A stretch of 63,082 nt of DNA, counting the filler, from Octopus bimaculoides (taxonomy: Eukaryota): the NCBI RefSeq assembly GCF_001194135.2. It is 7 parts of 7 records of this genome, joined end to end, with 100 filler letters (N's around TTAATTAATTAA, not from the genome) between each part and the next. Parts side by side here need not be neighbours in the genome. Positions count along the whole stretch, not along the records: positions 1 to 18,855 come from NC_068985.1; 6 more parts are not named here. One strand, written 5' to 3'. Below are positions 1 to 12,985 of the stretch, one piece after another. The number at the start of each line of letters is the position of its first letter. The first letter of the stretch is position 1. The notes under the pieces were generated by a model that was not told where the DNA came from, did no database searches, and worked only from the letters and a program-made list of their open reading frames with translations. Made by a program: the position numbers and the translations under genes.

Positions 1-900
1 GTGTTGCTGCCAATGTTTACATCTGTAAGAGTTTTCAATGAACGTGTTTACCAGTTTATTTTTTTTAAATAAAATGAAGAACATTTCGGTATTTCGGTAT
101 TACATAAGGAACAGAATCTTCCACCCTTTTCATATGGCCTAGAAATAGAAAGAATAAACCATTCTAGTTTAAATTTTATGTTATTGTCTTTAAGTTCCCA
201 AATTAATTTACTAAGGCTCGTGGTATTTCGTTTGTTTCTGTCTCTAAAAGTAGAAAAATGATTAGAAATTCTTGAGGATATTGGTGAAGAGGAAGATCCA
301 ATATAAGAAGAAACATCTGTAGGAGTACTGACTTGGCATTGATACATAGTGTTTTTGAGTTTTGCATTATCACTTAAAAACCTAATTCTTTTGCTATTAA
401 CTTCAGAAATAATGATTTTGTTGTTATGGCTATTGCTATTACAAATCATGTTATAATTATTGTTCCTTGGTTTATTATTAGTGTTATTATTGCTATTATG
501 GTAAAGGTTAATAATGCCTGGCTTAATGTAATTACTGTTGGTAATCTCTTGCGGATGTAAAAGCCTCATATTGTGTGCGGATATTATTTGTGAGATGTTT
601 TTCGTGTTAGAGAAACCAAATCTAACTCTGTGCGTATTTATGACTGGGAAGTAATGAGAATGTTTTGGAAAATACTTATTAACAGCATTTTGGAACTGGG
701 AGACCAAGTTTGATTTTACATTTTTACTGAAAGGTAGTATCATCCAGACATTTTTATTGGAATCTGGTTTAGGATATTTGCTAGTGTTATTTCTAAATAG
801 TTTTAGTTTATTATTATTATTATTGTTGAAAAAGGGTTTAAACTGACGGTTATTTCCCCTATTTCGTGAAGAAATATTTGGCTGGTTATTATCGTTAAAA
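1..900 (-). mobile_element. Penelope-like retroelement 3' fragment (RT-distal linker + GIY-YIG endonuclease), decayed
   Basis: ORF 743-48: WMILPFS..KYFP..VRFGFSNTKNISQIISAHN, Asn-rich linker, YQC..SSYIGSS..ISSRISNH..F..RNTTSLSKLIWELKDNNI..W.I..RPY....FCSLCNTE. These are the motifs of a PLE GIY-YIG domain. Frameshifted near the 3' end. Confidence 0.85.
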
Positions 901-965
901 ATTCTATGATGATAATGATAATTATATTTATTGTTGCTATTAATATTAAAATCTATATTATTATG

Positions 966-1036
<71 letters not shown>

Positions 1037-1319
1037 TTCATACAAATATACATACATACATATATACATATGCACACGTACACACAAGCATACACAGATG
1101 CAAACATATATACATACATGTGTAGGCACACACACACACACGCACACACACACACGCACACACACACACTAACCCACACACATGTGCAGAAACAAACAAA
1201 ATAGAACGCAGTGTAACAACGGACAGAGTCAAAACAAGTGGAAAAGTTGCAAGACGCAACGAAAATTTTAGAAAAATATAAAAGAGAAATAAGTGGACAT
1301 TTTACCTGTGAGAGTGTTA

Positions 1320-1364
1320 AATTATAAGGCACTAAAAGAGAATGCCTCTCCCCAGACACAACAG

Positions 1365-1370
<6 letters not shown>
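1320..1370 (+). repeat. Unclassified dispersed repeat (aattataaggca..ccccagacacaacagaat), copy 1
   Basis: Same motif recurs at 2175-2320 (-), 2405-2455 (+) and 26150-26195 (+, tttcaacacacga..cacat.aa.aa.cttgcaa). Confidence 0.6.
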
Positions 1371-1397
<27 letters not shown>

Positions 1398-1401
1398 ATA
1401 T

Positions 1402-1444
<43 letters not shown>

Positions 1445-1504
1445 ATATATATATGCATGTATATATATATATATGTGTGTCTGTGTGTCTGTGTGCCTGT
1501 GTGT

Positions 1505-1697
1505 CTGTGTTTGTACCCCAACCATCGCTTGACAACCGATGTTTGTATGTTTGTATCCCCGTAATCTAGCCGTTTGGCAAAACACACCGATAGAATAAGT
1601 ACCTGACTTACAAAGTATAAATACTGGGTCCGATTTCTTGGACTAAAGGCAGTGGTCCATCATAGCCGCACTCAGATGACCGAAAAAAATGAAACAA
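1505..1697 (+). mobile_element. Octopus tRNA-derived SINE family A, 3' half
   Basis: cgcttgacaaccgat..gatagaataagtac..tggtccatcatagccgca matches about ten other copies in the window. Confidence 0.8.
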
Positions 1698-1725
1698 TTA
1701 AAAACTATTCCATTTGAATCCCGAT

Positions 1726-1754
1726 CCCGGGCAACGCCGAATATTTCTGCTAAT
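1726..1754 (+). mobile_element. Helitron-type 3' terminus, degenerate
   Basis: cccgggcaacgccg..ctgctaat resembles the hairpin + CTAG ends at 15681-15708 and 15724-15752. Confidence 0.45.
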
Positions 1755-2174
1755 ATATATATATATATATATATGCACCAGCATGACCGCAGCCACTTGG
1801 CTGAAACACATAAATAAATATATATNNNNNNNNNNNNNNNNNNNNNNNNNNNNNNNNNNNNNNNNNNNNNNNNNNNNNNNNNNNNNNNNNNNNNNNNNNN
1901 NNNNNNNNNNNNNNNNNNNNNNNNNNNNNNNNNNNNNNNNNNNNNNNNNNNNNNNNNNNNNNNNNNNNNNNNNNNNNNNNNNNNNNNNNNNNNNNNNNNN
2001 NNNNNNNNNNNNNNNNNNNNNNNNNNNNNNNNNNNNNNNNNNNNNNNNNNNNNNNNNNNNNNNNNNNNNNNNNNNNNNNNNNNNNNNNNNNNNNNNNNNN
2101 NNNNNNNNNNNNNNNNNNNNNNNNNNNNNNNNNNNNNNNNNNNNNNNNNNNNNNNNNNNNNNNNNNNNNNNNNN

Positions 2175-2455
2175 GAACAACAAGCATGCCTGTTTGTTTA
2201 ACGCTCGGGAAGATACATTTCGATTTGGGATTTGGCTTGCAAGTTTCTTCATGTGAGTTCGTGTGTTGAAGCATATTCTGTTGTGTCTAGGAAAAGTCAT
2301 TTTCCGCCTTATAATTTAATACACACTAATTCCTTATTTTTATTTTTATTTTCTTTATTTCTTATTTTTAAAATAAAAAAGTAATTGGAAATTTTACCGT
2401 TGAGTGAGTTAAATTAGAAGGCACAAAAAGGAAATGACTCTCCCCAGACACATTA
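2175..2455. repeat. Two inverted partial copies of the unclassified ccccagacacaacagaat repeat
   Basis: Minus copy 2175-2320 and plus copy 2405-2455 share aaattataagg..aaatgact.tcc.agacac. Confidence 0.55.
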
Positions 2456-2567
2456 TAATATACGTGTGTGTGTGTGTGTATGTGTGTGTGTGTGTATTTG
2501 TGTGTGTGTGTGTGTGTGTATGCGTGTGTGTATGTGTGTATATTTATATATTCTTTTATTTCTTCTT

Positions 2568-2760
2568 TTACTTCTTTCAGTCATTTGACCGCTGACATGC
2601 TGGAGCACTGCCGTTAATCTAACAAATCGACCCCAGAACATATTGTTTTCAAACCTAGTACTTATTCTATCGGTATCTTTTGCTGAGCCGATAAGTTACT
2701 GGGTCGTAAAAGCATCGACATAGCTTGTCAAGGGTTGGTGGGGGACAAACACAAAGACAA
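2568..2760 (-). mobile_element. SINE family A, 3' half
   Basis: cagtcatttgacc..catgctggagcac..cctagtacttattctatcgg..gttgtcaag..ggggacaaacac. Confidence 0.85.
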
Positions 2761-4388
2761 ATCTATGCACAAATTCATCTATGCTATATACGCATTTTTA
2801 CATATATATACACTGTGTACCTACGTATACGAGTTCCTATAAATATATATGTATATATTCGTCCATACGTGTGCATATGCACGTGTATCTTGTAAGTATA
2901 TGCCCATATATATAGCTTGAGTGAGCGCGTATGTATATCTGCGTATATGTATATATGTACATCTCTGTATGTGTATATGCGTCTATGCATGAATACAAAT
3001 AGTATTATTTTCCTTTCAACTTCTATATCCTTTTCGACCTCTTAACCGTTACAATAGTGAAGGCTGATTACGTCCTTTTCTCTAAACTAGAGTGTATACT
3101 TTCCACGTTCATATTTGAATTTTGGGGGTTTGAATAATGCTTTGCCTTATTTTCCTCATTCTCGAATTTGATGGAGAGTACGTAAGCCGACTCAAGAAAT
3201 GTCTAGTGAGACTTTTTATTGACGTACCTGAAGAGACCCAGAACGGATCGAAGCATGTATTGTTCCCAATGAAGTCTATTACATATTCCCTCTCCTATTT
3301 TATTAATGCTATTACCCCAACCGCCACTACATGGTCCGTGTATTAAATCTTCGCATAGCAACAAGTAATCGAAACTGTGCCCGTACTTTACGCATCATCC
3401 ATTTATAGATTTTGTACAATTTTTCCATTATATATATANNNNNNNNNNNNNNNNNNNNNNNNNNNNNNNNNNNNNNNNNNNNNNNNNNNNNNNNNNNNNN
3501 NNNNNNNNNNNNNNNNNNNNNNNNNNNNNNNNNNNNNNNNNNNNNNNNNNNNNNNNNNNNNNNNNNNNNNNNNNNNNNNNNNNNNNNNNNNNNNNNNNNN
3601 NNNNNNNNNNNNNNNNNNNNNNNNNNNNNNNNNNNNNNNNNNNNNNNNNNNNNNNNNNNNNNNNNNNNNNNNNNNNNNNNNNNNNNNNNNNNNNNNNNNN
3701 NNNNNNNNNNNNNNNNNNNNNNNNNNNNNNNNNNNNNNNNNNNNNNNNNNNNNNNNNNNNNNNNNNNNNNNNNNNNNNNNNNNNNNNNNNNNNNNNNNNN
3801 NNNNNNNNNNNNNNNNNNNNNNNNNNNNNNNNNNNNNNNNNNNNNNNNNNNNNNNNNNNNNNNNNNNNNNNNNNNNNNNNNNNNNNNNNNNNNNNNNNNN
3901 NNNNNNNNNNNNNNNNNNNNNNNNNNNNNNNNNNNNNNNNNNNNNNNNNNNNNNNNNNNNNNNNNNNNNNNNNNNNNNNNNNNNNNNNNNNNNNNNNNNN
4001 NNNNNNNNNNNNNNNNNNNNNNNNNNNNNNNNNNNNNNNNNNNNNNNNNNNNNNNNNNNNNNNNNNNNNNNNNNNNNNNNNNNNNNNNNNNNNNNNNNNN
4101 NNNNNNNNNNNNNNNNNNNNNNNNNNNNNNNNNNNNNNNNNNNNNNNNNNNNNNNNNNNNNNNNNNNNNNNNNNNNNNNNNNNNNNNNNNNNNNNNNNNN
4201 NNNNNNNNNNNNNNNNNNNNNNNNNNNNNNNNNNNNNNNNNNNNNNNNNNNNNNNNNNNNNNNNNNNNNNNNNNNNNNNNNNNNNNNNNNNNNNNNNNNN
4301 NNNNNNNNNNNNNNNNNNNNNNNNNNNNNNNNNNNNNNNNNNNNNNNNNNNTATATATATATATATACATACATACATATATATATAT

Positions 4389-4459
<71 letters not shown>

Positions 4460-5498
4460 AAACATTTATATATGCATATATATACGTATATATATGCACA
4501 TATGTTCATGTGTAAATGTGCATGTGCGTCTGAGTGTGTTGAGAAGAAATGCGTTGTACTAACAATTAGAAGTTCTACTAGGAATATATTTATAGAAAAA
4601 ACACATACATTTTATATAATATATGCAGAACAGGTCTTTACAACTATTTTAAATAATCTGTGAATTATTGATAAAATAATACATGATATCTAATTATGTG
4701 TTATATTAAAGCAATATCACAGATAATTATGTAAGCAAAGTTTGTATCGTGATGGCGGAATATCTTCGTGCGAGGCGTATATATACGCAACGTGGCCTAA
4801 GGTCAAATAATCCTAACGGAAATCTGACAATGAATAACTATCAATAGCAAACATATATGAAAATAGTAAATGTCACATGAACAAATAATAACAAACTGAA
4901 GATTAAAAATAAAGCAAAAATCGTAATTATCTTCGGTCAACAGCGAAGAGAATCTCAGAGAAATAGCGAAGAAATGGTCAATACAAAATCAGTGAACCAG
5001 AATCAGCAGAGACCTGTTGCTAAGTTATTGATGAATTAAATTTTGCTGAAACTAAATTCTAGTGTGAGTACGGGTGATTGTTTTCACTTAGATAAAAACA
5101 AATTGCAGTGTGGAAAGATGCTGGAATAAAATGTGTGGATTTACTTATGTCCGAATTGAAGGAAACTATGCTCGATCTATTGAACGTAAGGTAATCATCA
5201 GCCAAGAACACCAAATAGAATAGGGATAAAACACGATGGTAAGTTGGTAATATAGAAAGCAAAGTTGTTTACATAGAAAAAGTATTTGCAGAAAGAAAAG
5301 GGCTTAATAAGGAAAAAAAAAATGTCAAATTTAAAGAAAATCAATTCGAACCAAAGAAAGCATTTCTTTGAAATAACAAAGAATAGAATAACTAGTAGGT
5401 GATAAAACAATAAAAAAAAAATGGAGTAGTTGTCTTGGGATAAATAAATAAGTCTAGATATTAAAAAATTATATGTATACACACACACACACACACAT

Positions 5499-5535
<37 letters not shown>

Positions 5536-7155
5536 NNNNNNNNNNNNNNNNNNNNNNNNNNNNNNNNNNNNNNNNNNNNNNNNNNNNNNNNNNNNNNNNN
5601 NNNNNNNNNNNNNNNNNNNNNNNNNNNNNNNNNNNNNNNNNNNNNNNNNNNNNNNNNNNNNNNNNNNNNNNNNNNNNNNNNNNNNNNNNNNNNNNNNNNN
5701 GGCAAAAATGTTTGTGGGTGGCGAACATAAAAATTTCATCCTACCTGTAGGAAGAATATTAAATAAATATACAACCCAGACGTGAATAATCTAGGATCTA
5801 GAGAATGGTAAGAGAATGTAATGGCAAAGGTAACTTTACAACCTACAAAATACCCCCTCGGTCTGAATACCTCCAACCACCCTCACTACTCCCGTACCTA
5901 TTGCTTCTTCTTTGAGGCTATCTTTTTCTCTCCCTACCTCAAATTTTAATACTCGGTCTCTTTAAAATATAACTTATGTATATTTTCTTACTAATCTCTA
6001 CAAATTCTTATTTTGTTTTCCTATTTTGATATCTTTGCCTATTAACCTCTTAACCCTTATAAATTGTTACTTTTTTTTAAATAGTGATATAAACTTTCTA
6101 GGTACTTAAGTCTATGAGAGTTGATTATAGTATAAATATTGGTGTATATTTGCATGTGTGCACATAGTTTAATATGTGTGTGTATCTGTACACAACTTAT
6201 TTTTTTCCGATTTTTTTTTCTGATTCTTAGCTTATAATTAATATATGGATAACATGATTTATCACCCCAGCATTCCATAAGTAAATAGCCAGAGCGGTCT
6301 TTATAGAAACCACCTAATAAGTAAATGATTAAGTACATGAATGAATATTAAACTAATTCTATGTATTCTTCCCTTTCTAATGTTGCAAATTGGTGTATAT
6401 ACACAGTTTGTCTATTTTGGTTATAATATCATTTTTAATAATCTTAAATTTTATCTTTATACAACATAACAATATTGTTTATAAACAATCATCAATAGTA
6501 CCCCATGACCATTTCCTCTGTATTAACATCACATGTTTTATTAGCGTCTTGCCCCTTTAACTGGTAATTAACATCTTGATTTGGGGCCTTCCCCTACCCA
6601 ACCTCCTTTATTGACAGTTACTTTATACTACTCCTAAAAATCTTGACAATATTTATGGCCATATCCAGCTATGTGCTGTCAACTCACTTCTGCCCTCCAC
6701 TCTAAACAGACACAATCCTCTAGTCTTAGATTTAGTAGTTGATAAAAAAAGACTAATAAATTAAAAGTGAACCACAATCCTTTACAAGTTATGACTCCAA
6801 CAAACTTCATACAGCTCTTAGAAGTGTAGTATATTCTTAGCTACGTTAGTGGCAACATGGACGCTTTCCATTTTCTTGCTCTGACTGATTAAAAATTGTA
6901 TTTATTTATTTATGCAGCTGAGGATAGCCTTGCATTTAAATTTATGCAATGATTGCATTGTTCAATTAAATGGAGCCGCTTGAAACGGTTGTACTGCATC
7001 ATCTCTTGATACCCTGTTGCGTATTTTGATTTTATTCACCATGCATTGAGTTGTTCGGTTAATACCGCACTGATTTGGTGCTTCAACTTAAGGACCTAAT
7101 TCAAATGAATCTCACTTACACACACACACACACACATACACACACACACAGACAT

Positions 7156-7186
<31 letters not shown>

Positions 7187-8639
7187 ACCACACATATATA
7201 TATGTATATATGTATGTATGTATGTATGTATGCATGCATGCATGCATGCATGCATGTATGTATGTATGTATGTATGTATGTATGTATGTATGTATGTATG
7301 TATGTATGTAGGTAGGTAGGTATGTATGTATGTACAACTATAAACCTACATGTATATTGTATTGAAGTTGTAGAATATGATCAGGAAGTATAATGTAATA
7401 AAAGGGTGGAAAGCAGAATAGAAAGATTAGGTGAAAACTCAAGAGTTGCTCGGGTTAACTGTTGATGAACTGACTAGCAGATCCAAGAGATACAGCAAAT
7501 ATTGATAAAGAGTGCAGCATTTTGTCAAAGCGTGCAAACAGGAAACTCATCGGCAGTAGCTGTACTCTAATCATAAAATACATGACTACAATCCTCTCCA
7601 AATAGCTCTTTAAATTTGTATGTTGCATACATGTATGTATACGCACACACACATATATATATACATATATATATATATGAGTGTGTGGTGGGGGTGTACA
7701 TACATATAGCTGTGTGTGTATATAAATGTATGTCTTACTATAGTAAACATAACTTGGATCGCACAAGCTCCTGAAGCAACAGTTGCGGATATGTTTGACA
7801 AAATCTACCCCTACTCCATTTTATCATACATAAGTGTCTGTGAATATGAGTGCGTATTTGTGCTCGTGTGTGTTAGCATATGTGTTGGAATGTCCATCGA
7901 TTTCTACAAAGATTGTTCAATTGTTAATGAACTGAAGTACCAGCGACAGAGAGAGTGAAGGAGAGAAATTAAGAAGATTACGAGAGAGAGAAAGAGAGAG
8001 AGAGAGAGAATGAAGAAAGAATAGAGAAGAAAGAATGATCACTCGTAATACTGGACTCTTCTATGAACATTCATATGCATACATACATGCACACGTACAC
8101 ATAGATGCACCTATTCGGAGGTATACATAAATACACATGTTTGTGTGTGTTTAAACAATTATTGAAGAAATGAATATTGATCGTGTTAATCTAGCTTTAC
8201 ACTAGATAATAAGTACTAAAATTAAAAGTCATTAATAATATATTTCCCATTTAGAAAGGAACGCAAGAATTGTGTTAAAGTTATTTGCAACTTGGAAGTG
8301 AAAGAATTGTAGCGAATATAAAGTTACAAACTACTCTGGCATATGGTTCACCGAACTCGAAATAATTCAGTTAGACGCTAATGAACTTATTATTAAGCTA
8401 ATGCACAAAAATAGGAATAATGAAACAATATATTCATAGAATATTTAAAATATTAAGAATAGAATATTTAATATACTAATAATATGATTGGGAAATATAT
8501 AGCTGCTGAACAATAGGTACAATTGTAGAATTGGAATTAAATAATTTATATGTAAAGACATCAAGGAATAATAAGTTTGAGATCCAAGCTTGAGTTATAA
8601 CTTCAGTTTTATCGTGAATAATTTAATGGTACACTTTTC

Positions 8640-9128
8640 ATGATACACTTTCAAAGTTTATTTAAAGGATATTAAATGCTTGCTACTTATTGTAGCAAAC
8701 AAAATTCATTATAAATTTTATAAAATGCACGCGAATCAGCGAGAATCCAAACAATAATGTATCTTTTCAATCTCAATACGATCTCACCGATTCGATGGTG
8801 AATATGTGTTCGCTGTTACGTTTCATCATCGGAAATTATCTCTTCTTTTTGGATGATAAGTTGTTTGAGTGCGTAAATTATTATTGGTTTGTGCGACATC
8901 AGCTCACATCAGCATTATTATATGCTGATTTCTATGAACTAGAACAGTACACTTGGTAGTTCATTCATCTGATGGTAGCTTTGACGCACAATAAGGTTGA
9001 AACTCTGTGTTTTTCAACATCCACTTACATCAATGTATCTCAAATTTTATGAACTCACATCGTCTAAAAGAGGTAGACTGCCTCGATGACGAAATGAAAC
9101 AGTAATCAGCATCTTCATCTCTTGCAAT
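8640..9128 (-). other. Candidate terminal exon of an unidentified transcript
   Basis: Acceptor ttcttacAG (AG at 9130-9129), about 480 nt of unique CpG-retaining sequence, AATAAA at ~8662-8657. No recognisable protein. Confidence 0.25.
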
Positions 9129-10857
9129 CTGTAAGAATATATATACATTCTTTATCAAATATTCATTACGAAAAGAGAAAGAAATTGGCTAACGATATGA
9201 CAATAAAATATGTTTTGGGGTATATAAAACATCAATTGTATTGATATATTTGATATTGACCGTTAACTCAAGTCAACCTTGTTCCATTCCACTTATGAGC
9301 AATGTAATTTATTGCATCTAAGTTTCAAACTTAGTGTAATAGGGACTGAGATTTATATTAATATATATTTCATTTCCAAGATTGTAGACGAAACTTTAAA
9401 GGTTTGGAAACTATTTCCAGAAGGTCAAGTGACAAGCTACTATGATACTTTAGAATTTCAGTAACTTGGTTGATTGTTGTGTTTAGTGTATGCTGTGTGC
9501 AGAGAGAGAGTACTGATTCAGTTGTACTCTTGATTTACGAGTATCTTGTGGAAAATATGGGCTGCGTTGGACGAGAGTATTTTTCAAATCCTTTATAATT
9601 TTGCGAATCAAATTTTGCACTTATTTATTTATATTTATTTTTTATCAGACATATTGCTCTATTTAATATTAGTATTAATTTCATAATCGTATCCGACATT
9701 TTCTTATTTGAATTTCCGAATACTGGTAGTTTGAAATTTTCGCCACTTCCTTCTGCTATTCCTCGCATTTCTCGTTCGAGATTTCTATCAGTGTGTCGAT
9801 GTACTAATATCGTATTTATCTTAAACTATGGTCGTTTGCGTCCTGGTGTTAAATGCATCGACTGCATTTTATGATGTCGATAAGATCGACTGTTCACCTC
9901 CCTGCCAAATATTGTTCTCGTATCAAGGTTAGAATTATTGTTGCTAATGCAAAATATTTTAAAATTTTCAAGTACATTGAAGTAGTGATAACACCTATTG
10001 AATTAGTAATAATCTCCACTGAAGTTCTCAAGTTTTTTTTCTGCGCATAACGTTTAGAATTATGATTGTGAATCTTCCTTCTCCGGCTGCATTGTCTTTC
10101 TCTTTTATAGTCTTAATATGGATGAGATAATTGGATATTTGATTCAGGATTTCTATATAAAATAGAGAAATAGCGTAAACTCATTCAAACTATGGCAGAT
10201 ATTCTGTTCTCTATCCTGGTTCAGAATAGTTTTCATTTCTGTTGGCTTTAGCCTACTATTCTATCATATATTACTGTACATTATATGAACATCGTCTCTT
10301 TTTTGTTATCCCTTTTATAATCATAAATGGACGCTATGACTTTGTTGTGATTCGAATTTTGTATACCCCAACTCTCTATATAGACAAGAGGTGGTTTAGA
10401 AAAATACAGACAGCGAGAACGAATGAATAATAGAAGTGAAGTTCGGTCATATAACTTCTGACATGAAAACACTGCTCCAATACTAGTTATATATCTTTCT
10501 CTCTCGTTCATTCAGTAACTAGAAGTAACATAATTAAAGGCAGTGAGTCTATGTTTACTCTTTTCAAAAAATAAGCACCCGCTTGTACATCATTTTAAAG
10601 TAAGCAATAAAACATAAACCAATCAAATACGCAAGCAACCGGTCCCTCTATTTCCATTTTCACTCCTTGTGTCTATGCACACATACATACATACATACAT
10701 ACATGCATACATGCTTACATACATGAAAACATACATATATACATACAAATAAATATATTTTATTGAAAAGCAGCAAAAATATCACAGAAACTGTTACTCA
10801 AAGTTTCACCTTCCCATTCGTCGGACAGTTTTGTTTCGAATATATATATACGTATGT

Positions 10858-11170
10858 CGTGGCAGTCTGTCAGTTACGAAACAGCCTGCTCGTGAAATTA
10901 ACGTGCAAGTGGCTGAGCACTCCACAGACATGAGTACCCTTAACGTGATACAGAGTTTGACAAGGCTGGCTCTTTCAAATATAGGTACAATAGAAACAGG
11001 AAGAAAGAGTGAGAGAAAGTTGTGGTGAGAGAGTACAGCAGAGTTCGCCACCACCCCCTACCGGAGCCTCGTGGAGCTTTAGGTTTTTCGCTCAATAAAC
11101 ACTCATAACACCCGGTCTAGGAATCGAAACCGCGATCTGCGCTGCCCTAAACACTGGGCCATTGCGTCTC
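10858..11170 (-). mobile_element. tRNA-derived SINE family C
   Basis: Reverse complement of the 12078-12478 copy; head ggagacgcaatggcccagtg..ggtttcgattcc carries A- and B-boxes. Confidence 0.85.
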
Positions 11171-11326
11171 CACATATATATGTGTATGTGTGTGTATTTA
11201 TATAAATATGTATGTGCATGCCAATTTGTAAGTAAATATATGTATGCATATGTGTGTATATGTAGGTGTGCACATATATGTGTGTGTGGACATATGCATT
11301 TGTGTATGTCTGTGTGTACATATGTA

Positions 11327-11327
<1 letters not shown>

Positions 11328-11408
<81 letters not shown>
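11328..11408. repeat. (GT)n microsatellite
   Basis: About 80 nt of pure GT repeat. Confidence 0.95.
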
Positions 11409-11411
<3 letters not shown>

Positions 11412-12077
11412 TCTTGCATTCTTACACATGCATACCTTTAAAGTGAAGGGACAACCGTTTCAGTAAAGCTATAATCGACAATGCCCAATAAAACATCGCC
11501 TGAACATGATAAAATATAATAAATCTAGATGTTAACAAAATAAGCTTACACAAACATAAAACATTATGAAATACAAATAAAATAGACAAGGGAGATACGA
11601 AATCAGATACTGACATGGCTTAAATAAAAGGACATATCTGGAGATAGGAATCGATAGAAAGTAATTAGAGAGAAGTTGTGTGAAATCGATGCTAAACAAT
11701 ACAGTGAAATGTGTAAATATATTGAAAAATAATTAAAGGCAGGGTTGAACAAAACGAGTGAATAAGTCAATGAAAGAATCTAATGAAGAAAAGTGAACAG
11801 AATGTAATGATAGAGATGTACGAATTACAGAGTTCATGTTAGAAAAGGTAGCCGACGATGGAAGGAAATTTTGATGAGGTTAATACCATAGACATCGATG
11901 TAGGACCAGACGAAACGTACTAGAGTGAAGGAAAATTGTAGAAAATAGTAAGAGATAAAACTGACATAGAGAACAAGGGATGATGGGACAGAAATTAAAA
12001 AAATATAATAGAACAGGCATCGTGTGTGTATATGTGTATGTGTATATTAGTGTGTGTGTGTGTATGTGTGTGGATGA

Positions 12078-12478
12078 GTGGAGGCGCAATGGCCCAGTGG
12101 TTAGAGCAGCGGACTCGCGGACCTAGGATCGCGGTTTCGATTCCCAGACCGGGCGCTGTGAGTATTTATTGAGAGAAAACACCTAAAAGCTCCACAAGGC
12201 TCCTGCAGGGGATGGTGGCGAACCATGCTGTACTCTTTCACCACAACTTTCTATCACTCTTACTTCCTGTTTCTGTTGTGCCTGTAATTCAAAGGGTCAG
12301 TCTTGTCACATTGTGTCACGCTCACATTGTGTCACGCTGAATATCCCAGAGAACTACGTTAAGGGTACACGTGTCTGTGGAGTACTCAGCCACTTGCACG
12401 TTAATTTCACGAGCAGGCTATTCCGTTGATCGGATTAACTGGAACCCTCATAGACGTAAGCGATAGAGTGCCAACAGC
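12078..12478 (+). mobile_element. tRNA-derived SINE family C, near full length
   Basis: A-box tggcccagtggtt and B-box ggtttcgattccc; internal 16-bp tandem duplication cacattgtgtcacgct x2; tgtgtggatg on both flanks as a possible TSD. Confidence 0.9.
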
Positions 12479-12782
12479 AAATGTGTGGATGTGTGTGGAT
12501 GGATGTGTGTGGATGGATGTGTGCGTGTGTGTTTGGGCCAGCATTATGCATAAATGAAAGTCGTTCACGTGTAACAGTTTAATAAATTCATAAAACCTAT
12601 CTTATGCATGAACAATTTCACTTAAATATTGTACCTATTAAGCTTTTTAAACAGCTATACGCTTATATACATAGATTTATACATAAACACACACACACAA
12701 ACACACATAAAGGCACACACACACACACACACACACATACTCGCTCTCTCTCACACATACTCTCACACACATATACATATTC

Positions 12783-12985
12783 TTTTAATTGTTTCAGTCA
12801 AATGACGGTGACCATACTGGAGCACCAACTTAAAGGGTTTTAGTCGAAGAAAATGATTCCAGAACATATTTTTCATAAGCCTACTACGAATTCTATCGGT
12901 CATTTTTGGCGAACCGCTCGGTAACTGGAAAGTAAACACACCAACATCGGTTGTCAAGGGACGGTGGAGAGATAAACACAGTGAT
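12783..12985 (-). mobile_element. SINE family A, 3' half
   Basis: gtttcagtcaaatgac..ctggagcacc..gccgaaccgc-like segment..catcggttgtcaag. Confidence 0.8.

Noticed and set aside
4700-6900. Possible old LINE fragments (GRGRP-like motif near 6580, purine-rich strand bias)
   Set aside because: Too decayed to assign clade or boundaries by eye.
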